DNA of 64,000 nt from Malacoraja senta (lineage: Eukaryota), in the NCBI GenBank assembly GCA_038087875.1, contig CM075996.1:6512001-6576000 (forward strand), given 5' to 3'. Under the pieces are notes generated by a model. That model saw only the letters and a program-made list of their open reading frames with translations. It was not told the origin of the DNA and made no database searches. Position numbers and translations under genes: made by a program. How positions within the stretch are numbered: the stretch's first letter is position 1; each line of letters begins with the position of its first letter. This document shows positions 63,139 through 64,000 of this stretch, piece after piece.

Positions 63139-64000
63139 CTGTGAGAGATGGATTGAGACTTTAAGTTCATAGGTTATAGGAACAAAATTAGGCCATCGGC
63201 CTATGAATACTCCCCCTTTCAATCGTGGCTGATCTATCTTTCCCTCTCAACCCCATTCTCCTGCCTTCTCCCCATAACTCCCGATACCCGTACTGATCAT
63301 GAATCTATCAATCTCCGTCTTAAAAATATCCATTGACGGACTCCACAGCCGCCCGTGGCAATGAATTCCACAGGTTCACCACCCTCTGACCAAAGAAATT
63401 CCTCCTCATCTCCTTTCAAAAGGTACATCCTTTTATTCCGAGGCTGTGGCCTCTGGTCCTAGACTCTCCCACTAGTGGAAACATCCTCACCACATCCACT
63501 CTTTCCAGGCCTTTCACTATTCGCTAAGTTTCAATGAGATCCCCCCTCATCCTTCTAAACTCCAGCGAGTACAGGCCCAGTGCCGTCAAACGCTCACATG
63601 TGTTGACTCAATCATTCCTGGGATAATTCGCGTAAAGTTCTCGTAAGTTTAACTGGCTTCCCAAAAAGAACGGATTTCTGCTCCTCTAAAGCGACAAGCG
63701 CTAAGGGTCATTCCTGATTACACCAAAACGTTCCGTAATTCCTTTTCAATCAGTAGATGCCATTCCCAGAAAGCACTCCATTTCTGCAAATCAACCTGTT
63801 GGAAGTGACAAACCCTGTGTGAAATAGTCCCTCTGGGGACTATTTCACAAGCACTGTGGGTTTAATGGATCACCTTGCTATTCATATACAGAGATATGCA
63901 ATGCTGAGACTACTGCACGGTGGAAAGTATTGAACACAATTATGAACAAAGAACATGAAAACGGAGAACCAGACAATCTCTTCAATCAGAGGAAGTCTCG

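Overview
Repeat-dense vertebrate genomic DNA, very probably from a cartilaginous fish (skate/ray-like): abundant HE1/V-SINEs, CR1, L2 and Rex1 LINEs, Penelope elements and Harbinger transposons, with two 200-N scaffold gaps (8401-8600, 62357-62556). The backbone is a minus-strand GRAP2 (GADS) gene that the ORF track mostly misses: four coding exons at 60414-60490, 17082-17173, 13264-13383 and 11487-11655, with a ~43 kb intron and no visible 3' exons. A frameshifted intronless urotensin-II-receptor-family GPCR lies at 6975-8046 (-), and an epsin-type exon with three DPW motifs (probably ENTHD1/epsin family) at 62989-63138 (-). GRAP2 introns carry three degenerate tRNA genes, one split by an insertion with a 15-bp target-site duplication, and a decayed Harbinger element with its MITE family. 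Penelope-derived repeats carrying a minimal hammerhead-ribozyme-like core, many arranged as foldbacks, occur throughout. A transposon-borne exon next to the first gap encodes a Tudor/Spin-like domain. I found no firmly established novel system; the most promising leads are listed as findings. Repeat boundaries are approximate (read by eye).
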